From Alphaproteobacteria bacterium (GTDB lineage: Bacteria > Pseudomonadota > Alphaproteobacteria > Elsterales > Elsteraceae), in the NCBI GenBank assembly GCA_004292755.1, contig RDXE01000033.1, positions 9,961 to 73,960 of the forward strand: DNA of 64,000 bases, given 5' to 3'. Positions within the stretch are counted from its first letter, which is position 1. The number at the start of each line of letters is the position of its first letter. The notes beneath the pieces were generated by a model. The model was not told the DNA's origin, searched no databases, and saw nothing but the letters and a program-made list of their open reading frames with translations. Positions 55,528 to 64,000 of the stretch are shown here, piece after piece. A program made the translations under genes and the position numbers.

Positions 55528-57768
55528 TTAGAAATCCTTCCAGTCGCCCTCGGGCGCGGCCGGGGTGCGCAGCGGGCGGCTTAGTGGTTTCGGCTTGTCC
55601 TTGCCAGCTGCTGCGTGACCTGTGGGTCTGCCAGGGCCGCGACCATTGGTGGAGGGGGGCGGTGCCACAGCACGGCGGAACTGATCGGCCAGGGAGAAGC
55701 GTCCGACTGTGCGGATCAGCGCCTCGGTTTGATCTTCCATCGATTTGGCGGCCGCGGCCGCCTCTTCCACCAGCGCAGCATTCTGCTGGGTCATCTGGTC
55801 CATTTGGGTAACCGCCGTGTTCACCTGATCGATCCCACCCGACTGTTCCTGCGAGGCAGCGGAGATCTCGGCCATGATGTCCGTCACGCGCTTCACCGAT
55901 TGCACGATTTCTTCCATCGTGCGCCCGGCGGTTTCGACCAGCTTGGAGCCTGAGTCCACCTTGCCGACGCTGTCATTGATCAAGCCTTTGATCTCCTTCG
56001 CCGCATTGGCACTGCGTTGGGCCAGACTGCGGACTTCGGAGGCAACCACAGCAAAGCCGCGCCCTTGATCACCTGCCCGCGCTGCTTCAACCGCGGCATT
56101 CAAGGCGAGGATATTGGTTTGGAACGCGATTTCATCGATCACGCCAATGATGTCGGAGATTTTGCGACTGGCGTCGCTGATGCCGCCCATGGTCACCACC
56201 ACTTCGCTGACCACCCGTCCGCCCTTGATCGCAACGTCGGAGGCAGACGCTGCCAACTGATTGGCTTGTTTGGCATTGTCGGCGTTCTGCCGCACGGTTG
56301 CCGTCAGCTCTTCCATGCTGGCCGCGGTTTCTTCGAGGCTGGAGGCCTGCTCCTCCGTGCGTTGGGAGAGGTCGGCGTTGCCCATCGCGATTTCGCGCGC
56401 GGCCGTATTGATCGTGCCGCTGGCATCCAGAATGCCAGCAATGATCTCGGACATGCTGTCCAGAAGGCCGTTCACGCCGCGGCACAGATCGGCGATGTCA
56501 CCCGCCATACCGTCCAGTGGGATGCGGCCCGTCAAGTCATCCCTGGTGGTGGCCGCGGAAACGATGGCTTGGGTCTGGCTGACTGCGCGTTCCAGCGCCT
56601 GCTGAGCATGAACCTGGGCGGTCACGTCGGTGGCATACTTCACCACCTTGTAGGGCTTTCCGTTCAGGTCCAGAATTGGGTTGTAGCTGGCTTGAATCCA
56701 GATTTTGCGGCCATCCTTGGCGACGCGTTGGTACTGGTTGGCGTCATACTCGCCGCGTCCCAGGCGACCCCAGAACAGCCGATACTCCGGGCTGGTCCGG
56801 TAGGCAGGGTCGACGAAGATGCTGTGGTGCTGGCCGCGCACTTCCTCCAGTCGATAGCCAAGCACGCTCAAGAAATTTTCGTTGGCGTCGAGGATCTTGC
56901 CGTCGAGACTGAACGAAATCACGGCCTGCGACCGGTTGATGGCATCGATCTGGCCTGAGAAGTCTGCATTGCGCAGCCGGGCGGCAGTGATATCGGTTGC
57001 GTATTTGACAACCTTGATGGTTTCGCCGCGGTCATTGAGGATTGGATTGTAGCTGGCCTGCAGCCACAATTCGCGCCCGCCCTGGGCGATGCGTTTGTAC
57101 TCGCCTGCTTCGAACTCACCGCGTGCCAGCTTGGTCCAGAACGCCCGATAACTTGGGGTCTGGTGCTCTGCCGGGTCCACGAACAGACTGTGATGCTGGC
57201 CACGAATTTCCTCCAGACCATAGCCCATGGTGTCGAGGAAGCGTTGATTGGCGTGCAACACCTTGCCGTCGGGGGTGAATTCGATCACCGCCTGGGAGCG
57301 GTTGAGCGCATCCAGATACCCGCGATAGTCAATAGCCCGCCGCTCAGCATCCACTTCGGCTGAGATGTTGGCCCACTCCAGGATGTTGCCATCATAGGCC
57401 CCGAACGCATCGGTGCGCGCATGAACCTGCAAGGCAAAGGTCAATGGCCCCACTGTAATGCGGGTGCGGAAGGGCAGTCGGCTGGCGTCTGCCAGCAATT
57501 GGCGCTGATGGTGCGGGTTCCGGTGGAACACATCGATATTCGTGCCAATGATATTGGCTGGATCGAACGTTGGATACTGTTCGCGAAATACGGCTGCATT
57601 GTCGTGGAACAATTTCATCGTTGCGTCATTGACAAACGTGACCAGGAAATTGCGATCAATCATCATGATCGCCGCGCTGGTGATGGCGAGCGCGGTTTTT
57701 GTGTGGATGGAGGCCAGTTTTTCTTCCGGGGTGATGCGGATGCCCTGGTTGAACAAAGTGAAGGCCAT
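55528..57768 (-). CDS. soluble methyl-accepting chemotaxis protein with three tandem PAS/PAC domains
   Basis: Three repeats of the type [18 protein letters not shown]...GY.LEE..GQHHS.FVDP. Canonical tip is [32 protein letters not shown]-terminal pentapeptide is DWKDF. Confidence 0.9.
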   Translation of the reverse strand: MAFTLFNQGIRITPEEKLASIHTKTALAITSAAIMMIDRNFLVTFVNDATMKLFHDNAAVFREQYPTFDPANIIGTNIDVFHRNPHHQRQLLADASRLPFRTRITVGPLTFALQVHARTDAFGAYDGNILEWANISAEVDAERRAIDYRGYLDALNRSQAVIEFTPDGKVLHANQRFLDTMGYGLEEIRGQHHSLFVDPAEHQTPSYRAFWTKLARGEFEAGEYKRIAQGGRELWLQASYNPILNDRGETIKVVKYATDITAARLRNADFSGQIDAINRSQAVISFSLDGKILDANENFLSVLGYRLEEVRGQHHSIFVDPAYRTSPEYRLFWGRLGRGEYDANQYQRVAKDGRKIWIQASYNPILDLNGKPYKVVKYATDVTAQVHAQQALERAVSQTQAIVSAATTRDDLTGRIPLDGMAGDIADLCRGVNGLLDSMSEIIAGILDASGTINTAAREIAMGNADLSQRTEEQASSLEETAASMEELTATVRQNADNAKQANQLAASASDVAIKGGRVVSEVVVTMGGISDASRKISDIIGVIDEIAFQTNILALNAAVEAARAGDQGRGFAVVASEVRSLAQRSANAAKEIKGLINDSVGKVDSGSKLVETAGRTMEEIVQSVKRVTDIMAEISAASQEQSGGIDQVNTAVTQMDQMTQQNAALVEEAAAAAKSMEDQTEALIRTVGRFSLADQFRRAVAPPPSTNGRGPGRPTGHAAAGKDKPKPLSRPLRTPAAPEGDWKDF

Positions 57769-57810
57769 TGCTCGGTCCTCCTGCGCCTGCCGGCGGTGCG
57801 GCGATGATGG

Positions 57811-58338
57811 TTAGGATGCCAGCAGGTCCGCGCTGGTCGCGGTGCTGCGGAACAGTCCGTCGAGGGAAATCAGCGTCACCATCCGGTCGCCCGTGGCGAC
57901 CAGACCGTCCAGGAACGCGTCATCGATGGAGCGATCCATTTCCGGCACGGGGCGGATGTCGGCGCTGCTGGTGGACAAGATGTCGGAGACGGAGTCGACC
58001 AGAAGGCCGATGGTCCGCGGGCCGACCATGACGATGATCACGACATGGGTGCGGGTCGGCTCGGTCAGGCCCTGACCAAAGCGCGCGCGCAGATCAAAGA
58101 TCGGCACGATGATGCCGCGCAGATTGATCACACCGCGCACATGCGCCGGTGCCTTGGGGATCGACGCCGTTGGCACCCAGCCCTTGATTTCGCGCACGGC
58201 CATGATGTCGACGCCGTACTCCTCCTGATCGATGGTGAAGGTGATGAATTGGCGGGAGTCCGCCGCGTCCGCTTCGGTGCCGTGTTGGCTGCTGCTGGGC
58301 ATGGCCCGGTTGGCACCCACGACGATGTCGCGCGTCAT
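57811..58338 (-). CDS. cheW: chemotaxis coupling protein CheW
   Basis: FITFTIDQEEYGVDIMAVREIKGW...VINLRGIIVPIFDLR. Confidence 0.9.
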   Translation of the reverse strand: MTRDIVVGANRAMPSSSQHGTEADAADSRQFITFTIDQEEYGVDIMAVREIKGWVPTASIPKAPAHVRGVINLRGIIVPIFDLRARFGQGLTEPTRTHVVIIVMVGPRTIGLLVDSVSDILSTSSADIRPVPEMDRSIDDAFLDGLVATGDRMVTLISLDGLFRSTATSADLLAS

Positions 58339-60377
58339 CGAATTCTCCCCCCTTGAGAGTCGCTGCCCGGTCGGTGCGGACTGCTGGTTGCAAGACCCGC
58401 CGCATCGAGAATCAGCGCCACTTGACCGCTGCCCAGGATCGTGGCGCCGCCGATGCCCTGAACGGGCTCGTAATTGGCCTCCAAGCTTTTCACGACGACT
58501 TGTTGCTGGCCCAGCAAGTCGTCGACGACGAGGCCGATCTGGCCGCGATCCTCGGCATCGATAATCACGACGATGCCCTTGCTCGGGTCGCTGACGGCAC
58601 CCTCCACCTCGAACACGCGATGCAGGTAAACCAGCGGCACGTAGCTGCCGCGCAATGCCAGCACATCGCCGCGGCCAACCACGCGATGCACATCGGTGGC
58701 CCGCGGGCGCAGGCTTTCCACGATCACCTGGATGGGGATGATGTAGGACTCAGCGCCGACGGCCACCACCAACCCGTCCAACACTGCCAGGGTCAATGGC
58801 AGTGACAAGCTGAAGCGACTGCCTTCCCCGGCTGTCGAGGTGACGCTGATCCGCCCCCCCAGCGCCTGGATGTTGCGCTTCACCACGTCCATGCCGACAC
58901 CGCGACCAGAGATCTCGGACACCAACTCGTTGGTGGAAAAGCCGGGCAAGAAGATCAGCGCATCGATGTCAGCATCTGTGAGGGCGTGATCCTCGGCGAT
59001 CAGCCCCAGGTTGCGCGCTTTCTCAAGCACCCTCGGGCGATTGATGCCACGTCCATCGTCGGCGATCTCGATCACGATGCGACCGCCGCGGTGATCGGCC
59101 GACAGGCTGATCGTGCCCTCGCGCGGCTTGCCCAGGCGATCCCGTTCGTCAGGTGGCTCCAAGCCGTGATCGACCGCATTGCGCACCAGATGGGTGAGTG
59201 GGTCGGCCAGTTGCTCAATGACCGTCTTGTCGATTTCCGTCTGCTCGCCGGTGGTGACCACCCGCGCTTCCTTGCCCAACAGAGCGGCGACGTCGCGGAC
59301 GATGCGGGGCATCCGCTGAAACACCGACTTCACCGGCTGCGCCCGGATCGCCATCACACTGTCTTGCAGATCGCGCGTGTACTGCGCCAGCTGCTCCAGG
59401 CCGTGATTGATCTCTGTGCGGTCGCGCACCCCCAGTTCGGCAAAGCGCTGGGCCAGCATCGACTGGGCAATCACAATCTCGCCGACCATGTTTGCCAAGC
59501 GGTCCACCTTGTCGAGGTCGACGCGGATGGTGGGCGCACTGGTCGGGACGGCAGAGGCGCTGGCGCGGCTGGACCCGTTGCTGGTGATTGCCACGGACTC
59601 AGGACCAGCGGCGGTTGGCGCTGTGTCGTCACTCAAGCGCGCGGGCAGGCCGTTGGCAGCTGCATCCCGCTGGGCGACGGTCAGCCGGCAATCGTCGGTA
59701 ACGAACTCAAACACCTCCAAAATGTCGTTCAGTGGTGCGGTGGTCGTTAGATCAATGTCCCAAGCAAGGTAAGCGGCTTCTGGGTCGATGCTGTCCAGGT
59801 CTGGAACCCGCCCCGTGTCGGCGATGATGTGAACTTGGCCCAGGCGGCTTAGCTCCCGGATCAGCAGCAGCGGCTCATTCGCCTTCCGCAGCAGATTGCT
59901 TTCCGGTGCGAACTGGATGCGCCACGTCACCGGCTCCTCGGCTGGCGAGGGTGTCAGCGCCTGGCAGGGGCTGGGCGGGGCAGTGGGCGCTGCCGCCAGC
60001 AGCCAAGCCTGCAGATCGCGGGCGAGGCCCGCCTCTGCCCCGGCGGCCAGATCCACTCCCGTCTGTGCCGCCGCAACCAAGTCGGCCACCATGTCGAAGG
60101 ACCGCACCAGGACAGAGTAGCCAGCCCGATCCAGCACCACTCGATGAGACCGCAACGCCTCCAGCGCGGTTTCCAGCCCATGGCAGAAGGCCACCAACCG
60201 CTCAAAGCCGAATGCAGCGCCACCTCCCTTGATGGAGTGGATGCAACGGAAGATCGTGTTGATGGTTTCCTGATCTGCCCCTTCTCCCAGGGTTGCTACC
60301 AGCGGCTCACACACGCTGAGTGAGTCGCGGCATTCCTCGAAGTAGGTCTGCAGGAATTGAGAAAGACGACCGTCCAC
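58335..60377 (-). CDS. cheA: chemotaxis histidine kinase CheA
   Basis: Hpt FRCIHSIKGGGAAFGF, HATPase DPLTHLVRNAVDHG, DDGRGI, SGRGVGMDVV, and a CheW-like P5 domain. GTG start; ATGA-type overlap with cheW. Confidence 0.92.
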   Translation of the reverse strand: MDGRLSQFLQTYFEECRDSLSVCEPLVATLGEGADQETINTIFRCIHSIKGGGAAFGFERLVAFCHGLETALEALRSHRVVLDRAGYSVLVRSFDMVADLVAAAQTGVDLAAGAEAGLARDLQAWLLAAAPTAPPSPCQALTPSPAEEPVTWRIQFAPESNLLRKANEPLLLIRELSRLGQVHIIADTGRVPDLDSIDPEAAYLAWDIDLTTTAPLNDILEVFEFVTDDCRLTVAQRDAAANGLPARLSDDTAPTAAGPESVAITSNGSSRASASAVPTSAPTIRVDLDKVDRLANMVGEIVIAQSMLAQRFAELGVRDRTEINHGLEQLAQYTRDLQDSVMAIRAQPVKSVFQRMPRIVRDVAALLGKEARVVTTGEQTEIDKTVIEQLADPLTHLVRNAVDHGLEPPDERDRLGKPREGTISLSADHRGGRIVIEIADDGRGINRPRVLEKARNLGLIAEDHALTDADIDALIFLPGFSTNELVSEISGRGVGMDVVKRNIQALGGRISVTSTAGEGSRFSLSLPLTLAVLDGLVVAVGAESYIIPIQVIVESLRPRATDVHRVVGRGDVLALRGSYVPLVYLHRVFEVEGAVSDPSKGIVVIIDAEDRGQIGLVVDDLLGQQQVVVKSLEANYEPVQGIGGATILGSGQVALILDAAGLATSSPHRPGSDSQGGRIR

Positions 60378-60504
60378 GTCACACCTGCCGGTTGTTCCGC
60401 GCCGCGGCAGTGGGAATTGCTACCCAGAAAGCCCAGTCAGCGAGGACGGATCGGCGACACGCCCGGACCCCGACCGTGTCGATAAGGCCATCGGGATCAC
60501 ACCC

Positions 60505-60870
60505 CTAGGGGCAGACCTTGCGGACTGTGGCCAACAGCTTGTCCGGATCGAACGGCTTCACCAGCCACCCTGTTGCCCCGGCGGCGCGCCCGGCATCCTT
60601 CTTGGTGGTGTCCGATTCCGTGGTCAGCATCAGGATTGGCACGCCGCGATGGGTTGCATCGGAGCGGACGCTGCGCACCAACTCGATCCCGTCCATCACC
60701 GGCATGTTCAGATCGGTGATGACACAATCGAAACGACCCGACGCCAGGTGACGCAGTGCGTCAGAGCCGTCACACGCCTCAACTGTGTCGTAGCCACCCT
60801 GGCGCAATGTGAATACCACCATATCGCGCATGGTTTTGCTGTCGTCGACAGTCAGAACACGCTTGCTCAT
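60505..60870 (-). CDS. cheY: chemotaxis response regulator CheY
   Basis: 121 aa: RVLTVDDSKTMR, DCVITDLNMPVMDG, LMLTTES, LVKPF. Confidence 0.9.
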   Translation of the reverse strand: MSKRVLTVDDSKTMRDMVVFTLRQGGYDTVEACDGSDALRHLASGRFDCVITDLNMPVMDGIELVRSVRSDATHRGVPILMLTTESDTTKKDAGRAAGATGWLVKPFDPDKLLATVRKVCP

Positions 60871-60996
60871 GATTGCTCTCCCCGGTGTGTGTTGGATCGA
60901 GTGAGACGATTTGACCCGTCCAGTCGGTCCAGTAGGCGTTGTTCGGTGAAGACGGAACGGTGATTCGCTTGGACCCCAAGCGCCTTGATCAGACCA

Positions 60997-61272
60997 TTAG
61001 GCTTGCCATCGATCGTGGATCGATTGCAGACCAAGTAACTGGAATGCTTCCGTAAACGCAGGGCTGGAAGCATCTAAGTAGATGCGACCGCCACGCGCGG
61101 ACAAACTGCTGTCCAATGCCAAAAGTAGCTGGATGCAGGCGGTGCCAATACTGTCCACAGCGCTCGCGTCCAGATGGGTGACTGGAGCATCGGCAGCGGC
61201 TGCCTTCAGCGCACACAGCACCGGCTGGGCAGCAGCGAGGTCAAGACGCGGCGGGAGCACGGTGACGGACAT
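60997..61272 (-). CDS. STAS-domain protein (CheX/orf2-like first gene of alphaproteobacterial che operons)
   Basis: 91 aa: VTHLDASAVDSIGTACIQLLLAL...IYLDASSPAFTEAFQLLGL. Position before cheY-cheA is as in the Sinorhizobium-type che operon. Confidence 0.65.
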   Translation of the reverse strand: MSVTVLPPRLDLAAAQPVLCALKAAAADAPVTHLDASAVDSIGTACIQLLLALDSSLSARGGRIYLDASSPAFTEAFQLLGLQSIHDRWQA

Positions 61273-61313
61273 GGCAACCTCGATGGATCACATTCTACTT
61301 GCTTCGGAGTACA

Positions 61314-61342
61314 AACTAGGTAGTTTCGAAGGCGACGTCAAG
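61314..61342 (-). promoter_or_regulatory. candidate sigma70-type promoter of the che operon
   Basis: On the minus strand: CTTGAC, 17-nt spacer, CTAGTT (alphaproteobacterial consensus is CTTGAC-N17-CTATAT). It lies about 40 nt upstream of ATG 61272. Confidence 0.4.
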
Positions 61343-61481
61343 CGGCATCGACGCGGAATGTCAGGCTCGCAATCCGATGCCACCGCGCAAGGTCTCAAAG
61401 GGGCGCACCCATGCAGCAGTGCCAGCGCGTGTTTCACCCCGCCGCAGCGGTCCCCCTCGATCCCGATGGGGGTCGCTGACC

Positions 61482-64000
61482 ATGGCGGAGGCTCCAGCTC
61501 GGTCGCTGGCGACCAACCCAGGTGCCGCTGAGCATCTGATGCCGTCGGTGGTGATGGACGCCCGCGCTGGCGTGTTGGTGATCCATCCGGGAACCGGCGC
61601 CATCACCGCGGCCAGTCCCGGTGCGATGGCGTTGATCGATTGCCCTGCCGCCGCCTTGGGCCGATCAGCGCGGGAGAGTTTGCCAGCACCGATTCTGTCG
61701 GCCCTGACAACAACGCAGCCCGATCAGCCAGTCAGCACCCGCTACGCCCGCGCCGACCACCGCTTGGTGGAGCTGCGCTGCAGCCATGTCGCAGCGGGCA
61801 TCGCGGTCGAACTGCGTTTGCTGGAAGACGACTTGGTAACCCCGGAGGTGGCCCTGGCCGCGCTTGGGGAGCTGGCGCGGGCCAGCTCCGCCTCAGCCGA
61901 TGGTCCATCCTTTCTGGCTCAGGCCGTGGGGGTGTTACGGCGCGGACTGGGCTTTGACAGGGTGTTCGCGGTCCAGATGGTGGATCGCGGGGCCGGGCAA
62001 GTGCTGGCCGTCGACCAGGCGGCCGACTGGCCGGACAGCATCGCGGGCTTACGCTTTCCGGCGTCAGACATGCCGATCGCCCGTCACGCGCCGCCCTATC
62101 GCCTGCGCCATCTGAGCGACGCGCTGGCCGCACCCTTACCTCTAGACAGCCTTGTGCCGCTGGCGCGTCAGGGGCTGGATGGGGTGCAGGGGCGTTCTAC
62201 CGGTCCGCGTCAGCGGCGTTTGCTTGCAGCCCTGGGCGTGCGGGGATGTTTTGTCCAGCCGCTGGTGGTGGAGGACTCTGTCTGGGGCTTCCTGATTGGT
62301 CATCACCGCACGGCGCGTCCCCTGTCGTTGGCCGCTGAACAGATGCTGGACATGGTGCGTCACGTCACGGAAACCCATCTGCGCTTGTGGACGATGCGCT
62401 GTCAGCATCCTCAGGATGTACGCCTGGAATCGCTACACCGCCGGTTTCTCGAAAGCCTTGCATCCTCCGACGATCTGTTCGCCAAGGTCACCAGCGCGGG
62501 CACGTTGCTGCCGCTGTTTGATGATGTGGCGGGTGTGGCGCTGGTGATTTTCGGCATGGTGATCACCGATGGGTTGGTGCCGCACCAACCGTCCCTGCAG
62601 CGGATGATCGATCACCTGCTCAACATTGGTATCGACGGGGTGTGGGCGACAGATCGGTTGTCCGATGCCGTGCCAGACTATGGCGTCGATCAGCCTGTGG
62701 CCGGTGCCCTTGCGATTGCCATTGGGGAGGCTCATCAGACCCTGATTGTGTGGTTTCGGGCCCCGCGCACCCAGGTGATCCCTTGGGCTGGAAATCCCAA
62801 TGACCGGCACCGGTTGAACGCCGATGGCGACCCGATCCGCTTCGATGGTTGGCTGGAACATCGCACCGATCAGGCCTTCGCCTGGACCCGCCACGAGGTT
62901 TATCTGGCGGACCGGTTGCGCCATGCGATGAGTGATCTGGTGTTCACGCAACACAACCGCTTGGTGACGTTGCAATCCCGCCTGACCCTGGCGCGGCGCC
63001 AGTTGGACCATCAAGCCAATCACGATCCGCTGACAGGGCTGCCGACCCGCAGCCTGCTGGAAGATCGCCTGGGCCTTGCCATCTCCAGCGCCGAGGGCTC
63101 TGGTGCGCGGGTTGCCGTGATGGTGCTGGACCTGGATCGCTTCAAATTGATCAACGACACGCTGGGCCATGACCTTGGGGATCGCCTGTTGATGCAGGTG
63201 GCGCGTGATATTGAGCCTTGCCTCCGGCGTACCGATACTTTAGCGCGTTTGAGTGGAGATGAATTCCTGCTGGTGCTACCAGGAATCGACGGCCCTTCTG
63301 CAGTGGAACGGATTGCGCAAAAGCTGATGGCCGCAATCAGCACGCCACGCGAAATTGATAATCATGACGTTTCGCTTTCTTGTAGTATTGGAATTACGGT
63401 ATGTCCAGATGATGGTCAGACAGTCTCAGCATTACTGCGGCAAGCCGATGTTGCGATGTCAGCTGCAAAAGATGCAGGACGGGGTACTTATCGGTTTTTT
63501 TCGCAGTCTATGCGCATGGAGATTGAAAGACGACACCGCTTTGCCAGTGCGCTCCGCAGAGCTATTGACGAAGACCAGTTAGCCCTGTTTTATCAACCCC
63601 AGTTTGACTTAGTCACAACGGACCTCGTTGGACTGGAAGCATTGATCCGTTGGCAGTCGCCCGATCTTGGGCCGGTTTCGCCGTCAGTGTTCATACCGCT
63701 GGCGGAAGAATTGGGATTGATCAACCGGATTGGTGCCTGGGTGATCGAAGAAGCGTGTCGGCAGCAGCGGGCGTGGATAGACCAGGGATTGGAGACTGTG
63801 CCAGTGGCGGTGAATGTGTCCGGTGTTCAGTTTGGCCAGGATCACTTCGCCCAATGCGTGCTCGGCGCCTTGGCCCACCATGGCGTGCCACCAGAACTGC
63901 TGGTGCTGGAAATCACCGAAGGTGTTTTGGTGCAAGGCGCTGAGAAAGTGGTGAATACCCTGAAGCAGTTGCGCAGCGGCGGCATTCTGATCGCGCTGGA
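61482..64000 (+). CDS. phytochrome-like PAS-GAF-PHY-GGDEF-EAL protein (3' end outside window; ORF absent from supplied track)
   Basis: My own translation in the frame of 61482. GAF: LRFPASDMPIARHAPPYRLRHLSD ... VWGFLIGHH. PHY: LIVWFRAPRTQVIPWAGNPNDRH...IRFDGWLEH. GGDEF: DPLTGLPTR...RRTDTLARLSGDEF. EAL: LEALIRWQSP...LVLEITEG. The frame is open from 61320 to the window end. Confidence 0.8.
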   Translation, partial: MAEAPARSLATNPGAAEHLMPSVVMDARAGVLVIHPGTGAITAASPGAMALIDCPAAALGRSARESLPAPILSALTTTQPDQPVSTRYARADHRLVELRCSHVAAGIAVELRLLEDDLVTPEVALAALGELARASSASADGPSFLAQAVGVLRRGLGFDRVFAVQMVDRGAGQVLAVDQAADWPDSIAGLRFPASDMPIARHAPPYRLRHLSDALAAPLPLDSLVPLARQGLDGVQGRSTGPRQRRLLAALGVRGCFVQPLVVEDSVWGFLIGHHRTARPLSLAAEQMLDMVRHVTETHLRLWTMRCQHPQDVRLESLHRRFLESLASSDDLFAKVTSAGTLLPLFDDVAGVALVIFGMVITDGLVPHQPSLQRMIDHLLNIGIDGVWATDRLSDAVPDYGVDQPVAGALAIAIGEAHQTLIVWFRAPRTQVIPWAGNPNDRHRLNADGDPIRFDGWLEHRTDQAFAWTRHEVYLADRLRHAMSDLVFTQHNRLVTLQSRLTLARRQLDHQANHDPLTGLPTRSLLEDRLGLAISSAEGSGARVAVMVLDLDRFKLINDTLGHDLGDRLLMQVARDIEPCLRRTDTLARLSGDEFLLVLPGIDGPSAVERIAQKLMAAISTPREIDNHDVSLSCSIGITVCPDDGQTVSALLRQADVAMSAAKDAGRGTYRFFSQSMRMEIERRHRFASALRRAIDEDQLALFYQPQFDLVTTDLVGLEALIRWQSPDLGPVSPSVFIPLAEELGLINRIGAWVIEEACRQQRAWIDQGLETVPVAVNVSGVQFGQDHFAQCVLGALAHHGVPPELLVLEITEGVLVQGAEKVVNTLKQLRSGGILIAL

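Noticed and set aside
61377-61481. Upstream in-frame ATG (and GTG 61419) for the PHY-GGDEF-EAL gene.
   Set aside because: The added peptide (MPPRKVSKGRTHAAVPARVSPRRSGPPRSRWGSLT) looks non-protein-like. I kept 61482, but the true start is unverified.

Overview
This 64-kb window is high-G+C DNA (roughly two-thirds G+C by eye) and looks like core chromosome of an alphaproteobacterium. Supporting markers are MipZ, a DUF2076 protein, a PAS_5/DUF1457-type protein, and the gpmI-envC-ctpA and PPIase-argJ-GNAT-mutT neighbourhoods. I call about 60 protein genes and find no rRNA, tRNA, CRISPR array, transposase or integrase. Recognisable blocks are listed here. (1) Two gamma-glutamyltransferase paralogues. 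(2) ahcY. (3) A sigma54-type promoter in front of an NrtABD-type transporter plus the cyanase gene cynS. (4) A signal-less molybdoenzyme trio that fits SoeABC sulfite dehydrogenase. (5) GDP-fucose synthesis (gmd, fcl) next to waaA. (6) An OmpR/HK two-component pair. (7) A voltage-gated BacNav-type channel. The last 15 kb is the most interesting part. A heme-oxygenase-like ORF coupled to a bacteriophytochrome histidine kinase converges on a nine-gene che operon (STAS-cheY-cheA-cheW-PAS-MCP-cheR-cheD-cheB-MCP, both receptors soluble). That operon diverges from a second, degenerate phytochrome-like PAS-GAF-PHY-GGDEF-EAL gene, which runs off the window and is missing from the supplied ORF track. 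Other points worth a second look are as follows. (a) The channel has a Cav-like selectivity filter, TMDGWSD. (b) A low-GC two-gene cassette (173 aa plus an unlisted 49-aa ORF, ATGA-coupled, strong terminator) sits downstream of an unusual serralysin-like metzincin. (c) There are two low-GC TPR proteins, one GT41/SPY-like and one coupled to a DUF1499 gene. (d) Short in-frame patches of low GC3 occur inside otherwise GC-rich conserved genes (cheR, fcl, the nrtB-like permease, the GGDEF-EAL gene, the GT41 gene). All calls rest on motif recognition by eye. No database search was possible, so family names are recollection-based and start codons are approximate.
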